In this document: in pieces, positions 8,788 through 19,337 of the stretch
How the letters are laid out: the number at the start of each line of letters is the position of its first letter
How positions within the stretch are numbered: the first letter of the stretch is position 1
Origin: Chitinophagaceae bacterium
Lineage (GTDB): Bacteria > Bacteroidota > Bacteroidia > Chitinophagales > Chitinophagaceae
Length of the DNA: 57,594 bases
NCBI GenBank assembly: GCA_947380435.1
Contig: CANCRC010000001.1
Span: 1 to 57,594, forward strand
Direction of reading: 5' to 3'
Program-made: the position numbers and the translations under genes
The notes under the pieces: generated by a model
Told to the model about the DNA's origin: nothing
Database searches by the model: none
The model's input: the letters and a program-made list of their open reading frames with translations, nothing else

Positions 8788-11223
8788 ATGAATGTTTATC
8801 AGAAAACCTTGGTTTTAATTGCCTGCCCTTTTGTATTATTTGCTCAAAAAAAAGCAGTTAAGAAAAAGCCTGTTCCAGCTGCTACTGCCACTTTGGCTCC
8901 AGCTTCTATTCAGCAGCCACTTAAGCTTTGGTATGCCAATCCAGCTCAATATTTTGAAGAGGCATTGGTATTAGGCAATGGGCATCAAGGCGCTACTGTT
9001 TTTGGAGGCATTTCTACCGATAAAATTTATTTAAATGACCTTAGTTTATGGTCGGGTGAACCAGTGAATGCGAATATGAATCCGCAGGCTTATAAAAATT
9101 TACCTGCCGTGCGCAAAGCCCTGCAAGAAAACAATTATAAAAAAGCTGGAGAGCTACTCAAAAAATTACAAGGCAAGTTTTCTGAATCTTATGCGCCATT
9201 GGGTACTTTATTAATGGATATTAATGACGACCCTTATATTACCGATTATTATAGAGAACTAGATATTGATAAGGCCATTGCAAAAGTGCAAACCTTTTCC
9301 AATAACAATACTATTGAAAGAGAATATTTGGTGTCTAATCCCGATAAAATTTTTACCATTCACCTAACGAGTAAAAAAGTAGGAGCACTTGGTTTTACCA
9401 TTCGTTTTGAATCGTTATTAAAACATACCACCACCACTAATAATAATATAATACAAGTAAATGGAGTGGCACCCGTAAAGGCCGATCCTAACTATGTTCA
9501 AAAATCGCGTAATGCTATTTTATTTGATTCGAAAAGAGGCACGCGTTTTTCTGCTAACATAGAAATACAATCTAGTACTGGAAAAATTACTAAAACCGAT
9601 TCTACTATAACATTAGCAGATGCTACAGAAGCCACTGTGTATGTTTCTATGGCCACTAGCTTTAACGGTTTTGATAAAGACCCTGCTACTAAGGGATTGA
9701 ATAATGTAGCGACTGCTTCTACACAGCTAACGAATGCGAAACAAACAGGTTGGGCAGAAATAAAAAAACGACATGTAAAAGATTATCAATCTTTTTTTAA
9801 TCGTGTTGAATTAAAATTAGGCGGAAAAGACTTGGTGAATTTACCTACCGATGATCGTTTAAAAAGATACGCCAAAGGAGAAGCCGATCCTTATTTAGAA
9901 ACTTTATATTTTCAGTACGGTCGTTATTTATTAATTTCTAGTTCTCGTACAACAGGCGTCCCTGCTAACTTACAGGGCTTGTGGAATCCTTACATACAAC
10001 CACCTTGGTCAAGTAATTATACTATTAATATTAATGCAGAAGAAAATTATTGGTTAGCAGAAAACACCAATTTATCTGAAATGCATTTACCTTTTTTACA
10101 ATTCATAGCTAACCTAGCCACTACAGGAAAGCCCACTGCAAAAACATTTTATAATATGCCAGGTTGGGTAGCACATCATAATTCAGATATATGGGCCATG
10201 TCTAATCCGGTGGGTAATTTTGGAAATGGAGATCCTGTTTGGGCGAATTGGGCCATGGGTGGCACTTGGGCCTCGACTCATTTATGGGAACATTATTTAT
10301 TTACCAAGGACCAAAATTTCTTAGAAAAAAATGCCTATCCATTAATGCGTGGTGCAGCAGAATTTTGTTTAGCCTGGTTAGTAACAGATAGTAGTGGACA
10401 ATTCATTACCTCACCTTCTACTTCTCCAGAAAATACTTTTAAAATGCCGAATGGCTTTGTGGGATCTACTTTTTATGGCGGCACTGCCGACCTTGCTATG
10501 ATTAGAGAATTATTTTTAGATATACTTGCTGCACAAAAAGTTTTAAAGAACGATAATGATTTTGCAAATAAAATAAATACGGCTTTAAATAATTTACATC
10601 CTTATAAAGTAGGTAAGGCAGGTAATTTACAAGAATGGTATTATGATTGGCAAGACAGTGATCCTAAACATCGTCATCAATCTCATTTATTTGGATTGTA
10701 TCCTGGTACACATGTAACGGTTGATAAAACACCAGAGATTGCAGCGGCTGCTAAAAAAACTTTAGAAGTAAAAGGAGATGAAACTACGGGTTGGTCCAAA
10801 GGATGGAGAATTAATTTATGGGCAAGATTAAAAGATGGAGACCATGCTTATAAAATGTATCGTGAATTATTAAAATATGTTCCCCCAGACGAAACCAAAG
10901 AAAATTATACCAATGCAGGGGGCACTTATCCTAATTTATTAGATGCACATCCTCCTTTTCAAATAGATGGCAATTTTGGCGGAGCTGCCGCAGTAGCTGA
11001 AATGCTGGTGCAATCAAACGACGAGATGATTACGCTTTTACCAGCATTACCTAAGGCTTGGGCTACAGGGGCGGTGAAAGGATTAAAGGCAAGAGGCAAT
11101 TATGAAATTGAAATGAGCTGGGCCGATGGCCAGGTGACGAATCTAAAAATAAAATCGAGTACAGAACCTACTGCTAAAGTATGGATGAACGGGAAAATTC
11201 AAATTGTAAAAACAAGTAAATAA
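8788..11223 (+). CDS. GH95 alpha-L-fucosidase
   Basis: LWYANPA, FQYGRYLLISSSR, PANLQGLWN, PSTSPEN, HRHQSHL and HPPFQIDGNFG motifs. Confidence 0.93.
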   Translation: MNVYQKTLVLIACPFVLFAQKKAVKKKPVPAATATLAPASIQQPLKLWYANPAQYFEEALVLGNGHQGATVFGGISTDKIYLNDLSLWSGEPVNANMNPQAYKNLPAVRKALQENNYKKAGELLKKLQGKFSESYAPLGTLLMDINDDPYITDYYRELDIDKAIAKVQTFSNNNTIEREYLVSNPDKIFTIHLTSKKVGALGFTIRFESLLKHTTTTNNNIIQVNGVAPVKADPNYVQKSRNAILFDSKRGTRFSANIEIQSSTGKITKTDSTITLADATEATVYVSMATSFNGFDKDPATKGLNNVATASTQLTNAKQTGWAEIKKRHVKDYQSFFNRVELKLGGKDLVNLPTDDRLKRYAKGEADPYLETLYFQYGRYLLISSSRTTGVPANLQGLWNPYIQPPWSSNYTININAEENYWLAENTNLSEMHLPFLQFIANLATTGKPTAKTFYNMPGWVAHHNSDIWAMSNPVGNFGNGDPVWANWAMGGTWASTHLWEHYLFTKDQNFLEKNAYPLMRGAAEFCLAWLVTDSSGQFITSPSTSPENTFKMPNGFVGSTFYGGTADLAMIRELFLDILAAQKVLKNDNDFANKINTALNNLHPYKVGKAGNLQEWYYDWQDSDPKHRHQSHLFGLYPGTHVTVDKTPEIAAAAKKTLEVKGDETTGWSKGWRINLWARLKDGDHAYKMYRELLKYVPPDETKENYTNAGGTYPNLLDAHPPFQIDGNFGGAAAVAEMLVQSNDEMITLLPALPKAWATGAVKGLKARGNYEIEMSWADGQVTNLKIKSSTEPTAKVWMNGKIQIVKTSK

Positions 11224-11258
11224 TTCCCTAGTATTATTAACTTTAGCAAAACAAGAAT

Positions 11259-11861
11259 ATGTCTTTGAACTTGGGTAGAACTGAATTTGGTGATCCAGCT
11301 AATAAGGGTCGTGTATTATCGGTAGATGAAGCCAATGATTTATTCAATGCTTGGGTTTTGAATCCCAAGTTACAGCTACATATGAAGCAAGTAGCACATT
11401 TAATGAAGTGCTGGGCGAAAGAAAAAGAAAATTTAAACGAAGCCGATCAATGGCGTTGGGAAATGGCTGGCCTATTACATGATGCCGATTGGGATCAGTG
11501 GCCCGAACTACATTGTAAAAAAATAATTGAATATTTAGAGGAAAAACAAATAGACCCTGAAATTATTAGAGCCATTGCATCACATGGTCCTATTCATTTT
11601 GGTGTAGAACCCATTACTCAAATGGACAAAATGTTATTTGCCTTTGATGAACTTTCTGGTTTAATGCACGCTTATTCTTTAATGCGACCAGAAGGGTATA
11701 AGGGTATGGAATTAAAAGGCGCTAAAAAAAGAATTAAAGATAAAGCCTTTGCGGCCAACGTTTCTAGAGATGATATTGATGACGCTTGTAAAAGAGCTAA
11801 TATAGAATTAGATATGCTCATTCAATTTATAATAGATAGACAAGCAAATGCTATAGTTTAA
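11259..11861 (+). CDS. HD-domain phosphohydrolase (COG2316-like)
   Basis: LHM..AGLLHDADWD, AIASH, DELSG and KAFAANVSR motifs. Confidence 0.8.
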   Translation: MSLNLGRTEFGDPANKGRVLSVDEANDLFNAWVLNPKLQLHMKQVAHLMKCWAKEKENLNEADQWRWEMAGLLHDADWDQWPELHCKKIIEYLEEKQIDPEIIRAIASHGPIHFGVEPITQMDKMLFAFDELSGLMHAYSLMRPEGYKGMELKGAKKRIKDKAFAANVSRDDIDDACKRANIELDMLIQFIIDRQANAIV

Positions 11862-11921
11862 ACAAATAAAAAAATTCTCCAAATAATACAGATATACAAA
11901 AACAAATTAAATAGTTATAAC

Positions 11922-14618
11922 ATGCGCAAAATTATTTTAGTTCTCATCGTTGCCTTACTCTCACAGAGTTTTCTAATGGCACAAACAGTGCCTAGTCCGA
12001 AATCGCATTTTGGATTTAATATTGGCGACAATTATCAATTGGCTACTTTCACACAAACAGAAGCCTACTTAAAAAAATTAGCAGCCGTTTCTAAAAAAGT
12101 AAAATTACAAGTGATTGGAAAAACTGAAGAAGGACGCAATCACTATATGGTCATTGTTTCCGATCCAAGTAACTTAGCCAATTTGGAAAAGTATAAATCT
12201 ATTTCACAAAAATTAGCACATGCCGAAGACTTAAGTGTAGCAGAAGCTACGCAAATGGCAAATGAAGGAAAGGCTGTAGTGTGGATTGATGGCGGCTTAC
12301 ACGCAACGGAAGTAACCGGTATACACCAATGGATAGAGTCCTTGTATCAATTAATTACAAGAACAGATGAAGAAACAAAACGCATATTAAAGTCTACTAT
12401 TATTTTATTTGTACATGCGAATCCTGATGGACAAGAATTAGTCTCTAATTGGTATATGCGCAATAGTGATACTTTAAAAAGATCTACTTCTAGTTTACCT
12501 CGTTTATATCAAAAATATATTGGCCATGATAATAATCGTGATTTCTATATGACCAATATGCAGGAATCAAAAAATATGAGTCGTCAACAATATATTGAAT
12601 GGATGCCTCAGGTTTTATATAATCATCATCAAACAGGACCTCCAGGTAGCGTAGTAGCGGGCCCTCCCTATCGTGACCCATTTAATTATGTGTATGATCC
12701 CTTATTAGTAACAGGTATTGATGCATTGGGCGCTGCCATGAGTAGTCGTTTAAATGCAGAATCTAAACCAGGTTATACAATGAAATCAGGTTCAGTCTAT
12801 TCTACTTGGTGGAATGGTGGATTAAGAACTACTGCCTACTATCATAATATCATTGGACTACTTACAGAAATTATTGGCAACCCAACTCCTTCCAATATTC
12901 CACTCGTACCACAAAGATTAATTCCGAATAGCGCTACCCCTTATCCTATTACACCACAAAAATGGTATTTTAGAAACTCCATCGATTATTCTGTTTCTTT
13001 AAACTATGCAGTATTAAATTATGCCGCTAGATATAGAGAGGAATTGCTTTTGAATATTTATAAAATGGGTCGTCATAGTATAGAAGCAGGCAGCAAAGAC
13101 AACTGGACCTTGTATTCTAAAAGATCAGATGCAGTAGCTGAATTATTAAAAACAGAAAAACTAACTGGCAATATTGATTCTTTTCAAACAACGTTATTTA
13201 ATAAAGTATATAAAAACCCAGCGAATAGAGATGCACGTGGTTATATTGTAACAGCGAATCAAACCACTACCGCCATTGATTTTATTAATATTTTAATACA
13301 AAGTGGCATTAAGGTGGAAAAAGCAAATGCTAATTTTTCAGTCGCTGGAAAAAATTATCCAGCGGGCTCTTATATTGTAAAAACCAATCAAGCATTCAGA
13401 CCACATGTAATAGATATGTTTGAACCACAGGATCACCCTAACGATTTTCAATATCCAGGTGGCCCCCCAGTAAGACCTTATGATGCTGCGGGTTGGACAC
13501 CTGCATTTACCATGGGCATTGAGTTTGATCGCGTCTTAGATGATTTTAATGGTCCCTTTGAAACTATTCCTTATGGACTTATTCAAAAACCAATGGGTAA
13601 AATAAATGCAAGTGCTACAGTAGCCGGCTATATTTTTTCTACAAAAGAGAATGCTGCTTATTATGCTATTAATACACTACTTGCCATGGGCGTAGAGGTA
13701 TATAAAAATAAAGACCAATATTATGTAGCAGCGAATACTGCTAATAAAAAATTACAAGAAACTATTGAATCATTGAGTGCAGAGAAAGGCATAATTTTTA
13801 ATGGTGTAACTGCGAAGCCTACAAACATGAACGATAAAGTTATGCCACAAAGAATTGCTTTATGGGATAAGTATGGTGGCTCTATGTCTTCAGGTTGGGT
13901 AAGATGGATTTTTGAAAAGTATAATTTCCCTTTCCAATTAATTTTTGCCAAAGAAATTGATGCTAGTAATTTAAAAGATAAATATGACGTAATTCTTTTT
14001 GTAGAAGGTGCGATTCCTTCTTTAAAACCAGAAGCAGGCAATGGCTATGAAGAAAAAGAACCTAAGGCAGAAGATGTGCCTGAAATATACCAAGCTACTT
14101 TAGGAAAAATTACGGCAGAAAAATCGATCCCTGCTTTAAATAAATTTTTACAAGAGGGGGGAACTATTATTACCATTGGTTCTAGTGCGAACTTGGCCTA
14201 CCATTTAAATGTTCCCGTTCGCAATGCTTTAGTAGAAATGGTAGCGGGTAAAGAGAAATCATTACCTGGTGAAAAATTTTATATTCCAGGTTCAGTAATG
14301 CAAATTACTTTAGACAATGAGTATAAAGCCAACTGGGGTATGAATAAAAATGCCGATGTATATTTTAGTGCTAGCCCTGTATTTAAATTATTACCAGATG
14401 CCATTGCAAGAAAAGAGGTGGTGCCATTAGCTTGGTATGCGTCAGATAAAACATTAAGAAGTGGATGGGCCTTTGGTCAATCTTATTTACAAGATGGTAT
14501 TGCTGCATTTGAAGCGAAAGTAGGTAATGGTAAATTATTTGTCTATGGTCCTGAAATTACTTTTAGAGGTCAAACACACAGTAATTATAAAATGCTTTTC
14601 AATCAGTTGTACAAATAA
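11922..14618 (+). CDS. M14 zinc carboxypeptidase-family protein, secreted
   Basis: GLHATE (HxxE), NPDG, HDNNRD and HHQ motifs; C-terminal GATase-like domain; signal peptide. Confidence 0.88.
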   Translation: MRKIILVLIVALLSQSFLMAQTVPSPKSHFGFNIGDNYQLATFTQTEAYLKKLAAVSKKVKLQVIGKTEEGRNHYMVIVSDPSNLANLEKYKSISQKLAHAEDLSVAEATQMANEGKAVVWIDGGLHATEVTGIHQWIESLYQLITRTDEETKRILKSTIILFVHANPDGQELVSNWYMRNSDTLKRSTSSLPRLYQKYIGHDNNRDFYMTNMQESKNMSRQQYIEWMPQVLYNHHQTGPPGSVVAGPPYRDPFNYVYDPLLVTGIDALGAAMSSRLNAESKPGYTMKSGSVYSTWWNGGLRTTAYYHNIIGLLTEIIGNPTPSNIPLVPQRLIPNSATPYPITPQKWYFRNSIDYSVSLNYAVLNYAARYREELLLNIYKMGRHSIEAGSKDNWTLYSKRSDAVAELLKTEKLTGNIDSFQTTLFNKVYKNPANRDARGYIVTANQTTTAIDFINILIQSGIKVEKANANFSVAGKNYPAGSYIVKTNQAFRPHVIDMFEPQDHPNDFQYPGGPPVRPYDAAGWTPAFTMGIEFDRVLDDFNGPFETIPYGLIQKPMGKINASATVAGYIFSTKENAAYYAINTLLAMGVEVYKNKDQYYVAANTANKKLQETIESLSAEKGIIFNGVTAKPTNMNDKVMPQRIALWDKYGGSMSSGWVRWIFEKYNFPFQLIFAKEIDASNLKDKYDVILFVEGAIPSLKPEAGNGYEEKEPKAEDVPEIYQATLGKITAEKSIPALNKFLQEGGTIITIGSSANLAYHLNVPVRNALVEMVAGKEKSLPGEKFYIPGSVMQITLDNEYKANWGMNKNADVYFSASPVFKLLPDAIARKEVVPLAWYASDKTLRSGWAFGQSYLQDGIAAFEAKVGNGKLFVYGPEITFRGQTHSNYKMLFNQLYK

Positions 14619-14621
14619 AGC

Positions 14622-16517
14622 ATGCAAAAAAATATTGCCATTGTTTTAATGGGTGTGGCCGGTGTGGGTAAAACTACTATTGGCCTAGCGCTATCAAAAG
14701 CAAGCGGGCTACCCTTTTTTGATGGTGATGATTATCACGCAGACGCTAATCGTGATAAAATGGCTGCAGGCATTGCGCTGAGTGATGAGGATAGAACCGC
14801 CTGGCTGCTTGAATTACAAGCTGTCATAGAGAAGGCGCTTGTTAAGGGTAATTGTATTTTAGCTTGTTCTGCTTTAAAAAAAGCGCACCGTGCTATTTTA
14901 GAAAATAATAGTAAGTCATTACATTTTGTTTATTTAGAAGGCAATAAAAATTTAATAGAGCAAAGATTAGAGGGCAGAAAAGGACATTATTTTCCTGCTA
15001 GTTTATTAGCTTCACAATTAGAAACTTTAGAGCCACCAGAAAATGCCTTTACTATTTCTATTACACAATCGCCTACTGCTATTGTTGAAATGATTATGAA
15101 AAAATTATTAAATCAAAATACTAGCAAAGCTGCAATAGGCCTCATGGGCTTGGGCGTGATGGGTAAGGCCTTAACTCAAAATTTTCTTAGAAACGGCATT
15201 ACTGTATCGGTGTATAATAGAGAATTGAAAGGGGCAGAAGAATCGGTGGCTAAAAATTTTGTAGAAAGCTTAGCTCAATTAAAAGACACGCAAGCTTTTT
15301 CTGACTATAGTTCTTTTGTTCATTCGCTTCAAAGTCCTAAAAAAATATTTTTAATGATTGAGGCGGGAGAGGCCACCGAAAAGGTTTTGGATGAATTAGC
15401 GCTTCTATTAGAGAAGGGCGATGTACTAGTTGATTTAGGTAATACCTATTATAAAGAAACAGAAACCCGTATTCATAATTTTGCAAAAAAAGGCATTCAT
15501 TTTATAGGTGCAGGAATTTCTGGAGGAGAGCAAGGTGCTTTGAATGGTGCAAGTATAATGCCAAGTGGTAATAAGGAAGCCTATGAGTTAGTCGCCCCTT
15601 ATTTAAATAGTATTGCTGCAAAAGATAAGCATAACCAAGCCTGCTCTACCTATATTGGTGAAGGAGGTAGCGGCCATTTTGTAAAAATGGTACACAATGG
15701 AATTGAATATGCCCAAATGCAATTACTTGCAGAAGTATATGGGCTAGCAAGGGCTGCAGGAAAGAATCCTACCGAAATTGCAAATATGCTTAGTTCTTGG
15801 AAGGCAGATAAGCTTGACAGCTTTTTATTAAATACAACTATAAGTATTTTAAATACCAAAGAAGGTTCCGATTGGTTAATTGATAAAATACATGACGCTT
15901 CCCAAAGCAAGGGCACAGGTACCTGGGCTACCAATACTTTAACTAACGCCGCCATACCGGCTACCTTAATTGCGAATGCATTATTTGCAAGACAAATTTC
16001 AAGCTATAAAAATTTACGCGTTCAATTAGAGAAAAATTATCCTCGTCCAAAAAATACCCTAACCATAAATGAAGCCTCTTTAAAAAATGCTTACTATTTT
16101 ACAAAAATGATTATTCATTTTCAAGGCTTTTGGCTATTGGAAGAATTTTCTAGAAATAATCATTGGAGCTTGAATTTACCTGAGATTGCTAGAATTTGGA
16201 CCAAGGGTTGTATTATACAATCGGATTTTATGGAAACCTTAGTTCCTATTTTGAAATTGAATGCGCATATTATTCTAGAGGCTAGTATTACTGAACAAAT
16301 AAAACAAACGGCGCCTGCTGCTACTGAAATAGTCATAACTGCTTTAGAAAATAAAATAGCCACACCTATTATGTCAGATGCTATACAATTTTTTAATGCA
16401 ATAAGCACAGCGTATTCAACAGCTAATGTAATTCAAGCACAAAGAGATTTCTTTGGTGCTCATACATTTTTAAGAATAGGGGCAACGGCTACAGAGCACT
16501 ATGCATGGGAGTCCTAG
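14622..16517 (+). CDS. gnd: Fused gluconokinase (GntK) / 6-phosphogluconate dehydrogenase (Gnd)
   Basis: N-terminal domain: GVAGVGKT P-loop, DGDDYH, ACSALK, LLASQLETLE. C-terminal domain: GLGVMG, VYNR, GHFVKMVHNGIEY, KGTG, QAQRDFFGAH. Single uninterrupted frame. Confidence 0.9.
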   Translation: MQKNIAIVLMGVAGVGKTTIGLALSKASGLPFFDGDDYHADANRDKMAAGIALSDEDRTAWLLELQAVIEKALVKGNCILACSALKKAHRAILENNSKSLHFVYLEGNKNLIEQRLEGRKGHYFPASLLASQLETLEPPENAFTISITQSPTAIVEMIMKKLLNQNTSKAAIGLMGLGVMGKALTQNFLRNGITVSVYNRELKGAEESVAKNFVESLAQLKDTQAFSDYSSFVHSLQSPKKIFLMIEAGEATEKVLDELALLLEKGDVLVDLGNTYYKETETRIHNFAKKGIHFIGAGISGGEQGALNGASIMPSGNKEAYELVAPYLNSIAAKDKHNQACSTYIGEGGSGHFVKMVHNGIEYAQMQLLAEVYGLARAAGKNPTEIANMLSSWKADKLDSFLLNTTISILNTKEGSDWLIDKIHDASQSKGTGTWATNTLTNAAIPATLIANALFARQISSYKNLRVQLEKNYPRPKNTLTINEASLKNAYYFTKMIIHFQGFWLLEEFSRNNHWSLNLPEIARIWTKGCIIQSDFMETLVPILKLNAHIILEASITEQIKQTAPAATEIVITALENKIATPIMSDAIQFFNAISTAYSTANVIQAQRDFFGAHTFLRIGATATEHYAWES

Positions 16518-16541
16518 CGCAAAATAAATAAATAGTGTAAC

Positions 16542-17435
16542 CTAGAACTTTAAAGTCTCTGGTAAATATTTTTTAACCAAGGCTTTATAATAAGGTTGTA
16601 ATTCTGCCCAACTTTTTTGATTCGGATTTTTTGAATACAAATCATAAGGGTTAAATAATTTTACCCATTTGAACATTTCATGATCATGCTCGTCCATTAA
16701 ATGTGCATAAGCATTCTCACGGTGTTGTGCATAAAAAGAATGGTAACGCAACATATATAAACCCTCTTCTGGTAAATAATCTTTCATCATATGATATACA
16801 TATTCATCATGTCCCCATGACATATGTACATTCTTTAAACCACAGTTAGGTTTATACACGCCAAATTTTTGACTGTACACTTCGTGGTTATAATCGGGAT
16901 TGTTTTTAAAAAATTCTGGGTATACAATTTTATCTGAATACGCGCAACCCACAGGGAAGGTATCGCCTACTACCGACCATTGTGGTTCACCGAATAAACA
17001 TAATACCTTTCCCATATCATGAATTAAACCTACTAGTACCATCCAATCCGGATGACCATCATTTCTAATGGCTTCAGAAGTTTGCAATAAATGTTGCATT
17101 TGATCTAAGTCTGTATCAGGATCAGAATCGTCTACTAATTCATTTAAAAAATCAAAGGCATTCCAAATAGGCATTTCCTTTTTATTGAATTGTAAAAAGT
17201 CGGTCTTTTTGCGAAGTACAAAATCATAAGACTGATAAGTATGATTCAATCTATAAAATTCTTTTACGGTATCTCTTTCTTCAGCTGCATAATTCCTAAA
17301 TGCTTCTGTTTCTTTATTAGTCGCAATAGCAGAAGGGTCTGGGTATCTATTTAAAATATCCATTTCCCATTCATCTAAATTGGTAAGTGGGTTATTGGCA
17401 TCCACTACTTTTTTATTTGTATTGTTATTTGACAT
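16542..17435 (-). CDS. miox: myo-inositol oxygenase (di-iron HD-domain)
   Basis: [52 protein letters not shown] and YDLYSK motifs; start at MSNNNTN (17435). Confidence 0.93.
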   Translation of the reverse strand: MSNNNTNKKVVDANNPLTNLDEWEMDILNRYPDPSAIATNKETEAFRNYAAEERDTVKEFYRLNHTYQSYDFVLRKKTDFLQFNKKEMPIWNAFDFLNELVDDSDPDTDLDQMQHLLQTSEAIRNDGHPDWMVLVGLIHDMGKVLCLFGEPQWSVVGDTFPVGCAYSDKIVYPEFFKNNPDYNHEVYSQKFGVYKPNCGLKNVHMSWGHDEYVYHMMKDYLPEEGLYMLRYHSFYAQHRENAYAHLMDEHDHEMFKWVKLFNPYDLYSKNPNQKSWAELQPYYKALVKKYLPETLKF

Positions 17436-17513
17436 TAGAATGATTGTTTTACTATGATTGATTTGGCCTACTAAAAATCGTCTTTTTTTATAAATATTAC
17501 AATTTTTTAAAGG

Positions 17514-17521
17514 CAAAATTA
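17514..17521 (-). promoter_or_regulatory. Possible internal -7 promoter element for miox
   Basis: TAATTTTG on the minus strand, in the gap between the symporter and miox. Confidence 0.35.
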
Positions 17522-17540
17522 CAGCCAACCCAAGTATAGC

Positions 17541-19172
17541 CTACCAGAACACAGTATATAAGGCCGCTAAAACTCCCGTTATAATCACAGAGGCCACTAT
17601 AAAACCATTGGAAACTTTAAACATAGAGGTATTCACCTCAATAGCAGCTGCATTATTTTGTTTGGATGGTTTTGATATACTTATAATAACCATCATCACC
17701 ACTACAAAGAAAAAAGTAATGGTCATTCTATCTAAAAATGGATAGTTCGGAAATGCATTATGGGTCCAGCTAGGTAAAAACTTTAAAATAGTAGAAGTGG
17801 GAATAGTAATGAGTGCACCTGTTAATGCTGCAGCAGATGTTGTTTTTTTCCAAAAAAAGCCAAGTAAGAAAATAGCGAGTACTCCCGGTGAAACAAAACC
17901 TACATACTCTTGAATAAATTGATAGGCTTGATCCAAAGAACGAAGAGCTGGTGCAACAATAGCAGCAATTAACATACTTATAATCACTACCCAACTACCA
18001 ATGCTTACTAATTTTTTTTCGCTGGCTTCTTTATTAATATATTTTTTATAAATGTCTAATGAAAAAATAGTAGAGATACTATTGGCTTTTCCTGCCAAGG
18101 AAGCGACAATGGCTGCAGTGAGTGCTGCAAAGGCCACCCCTTTTAATCCTGCAGGAAGTAAGTTCATTAAAGTAGGATAAGCATGATCGGGTTTAAGTAC
18201 ACCCGCTACATCTGTCATTTCTGTTTGAAACATTCCGTTCTGATATAAAACATACATGGCAATACCAGGAAGTACCGCAATAATAGGAATGAGTAATTTT
18301 AAAAATGCAGCAAATAAAATTCCTTTACGCGCTGTTTTTAAATCTGCACCCAATGCTCTTTGCACGATATATTGATTACATCCCCAATAGGCTAAATTAT
18401 TAATCATCATACCTCCAATTAAAACAGAAAGCCCAGGTAGTTCCGGATAATATTTATTGGACTTATCAAATATCATATGAAAATGAGTAGGCGCTTCTCT
18501 TTTCAACACTGCCAGTCCTTTTAAAATATTTCCTCCATAGCCATAATGTTCCGATAATAAAGAAATGGCTAAATAGGTAGTGACTAAGCCACCAATAATT
18601 AATACGATCACTTGTATGACATCGGTATAGCCAATTACTTTCATGCCGCCCAGTGTTACAAATACAGCAAAAACACTGAGACCCACAATACTTAATTCAA
18701 AACTTATATTGGAGATAGAGGAGATGGCTAAGGCACCTAAATAAATAATGGAAGTTAAATTTACAAACACATAGACCAATAACCAAAACACTGCCATCAC
18801 CGTGCTTACAGTATCGTTATATCTTTTAGATAAAAACTGCGGCATGGTGAAAATCTTATTCTTTAAATAAATGGGTAGTATAAAAACGGCCACCAGTATT
18901 AAAGTAAAGGCCGACATCCATTCATAAGTTGAAATAGCGAGTCCCAATGCAAAGCCAGAGCCCGACATACCAATAAAATGTTCTGCTGAAATATTAGAGG
19001 CAATTAAAGAAGCGCCAATAGCCCACCAGGTAAGAGAACCTTCTGCCAAGAAAAAATCGGTAGAACTAGTAGTGGCCGATTTCTTTTTTTGATATATATA
19101 ATAACCATAAGAAATAATAATAATAAAATACAGAAAAAAAACAATGTAATCGGCTGTTTGTAGTTGATGCAT
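17541..19172 (-). CDS. Sodium:sugar symporter (SSS/SGLT family), candidate myo-inositol importer
   Basis: WWAIGASLIASNISAEHFIGMSGSG, YWGCNQYIVQRALG and about 14 TM segments; lies directly upstream of miox. Confidence 0.9.
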   Translation of the reverse strand: MHQLQTADYIVFFLYFIIIISYGYYIYQKKKSATTSSTDFFLAEGSLTWWAIGASLIASNISAEHFIGMSGSGFALGLAISTYEWMSAFTLILVAVFILPIYLKNKIFTMPQFLSKRYNDTVSTVMAVFWLLVYVFVNLTSIIYLGALAISSISNISFELSIVGLSVFAVFVTLGGMKVIGYTDVIQVIVLIIGGLVTTYLAISLLSEHYGYGGNILKGLAVLKREAPTHFHMIFDKSNKYYPELPGLSVLIGGMMINNLAYWGCNQYIVQRALGADLKTARKGILFAAFLKLLIPIIAVLPGIAMYVLYQNGMFQTEMTDVAGVLKPDHAYPTLMNLLPAGLKGVAFAALTAAIVASLAGKANSISTIFSLDIYKKYINKEASEKKLVSIGSWVVIISMLIAAIVAPALRSLDQAYQFIQEYVGFVSPGVLAIFLLGFFWKKTTSAAALTGALITIPTSTILKFLPSWTHNAFPNYPFLDRMTITFFFVVVMMVIISISKPSKQNNAAAIEVNTSMFKVSNGFIVASVIITGVLAALYTVFW

Positions 19173-19300
19173 TCAATAATATTTAATAGACAAAATTTAC
19201 TGTCTACTAATTTAGTTTATTTTATGCCAAATTCAGGACGAATTACCCAAGATTATTTGGGTGATAGATAAATGATATACTAAGGGTAGTTTAAATTTAC

Positions 19301-19308
19301 TATTTTTG
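19301..19308 (+). promoter_or_regulatory. -7 promoter element
   Basis: TATTTTTG (exact TAnnTTTG), about 30 nt before ATG 19338. Confidence 0.45.
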
Positions 19309-19337
19309 ATCTGTCTTATTTTATTGCTACATTTTAA

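Noticed and set aside
17436-17528. N-terminal extension of MIOX
   Set aside because: Non-ATG start, intergenic-like composition, and it contains a -7-like element; ATG 17435 is preferred.
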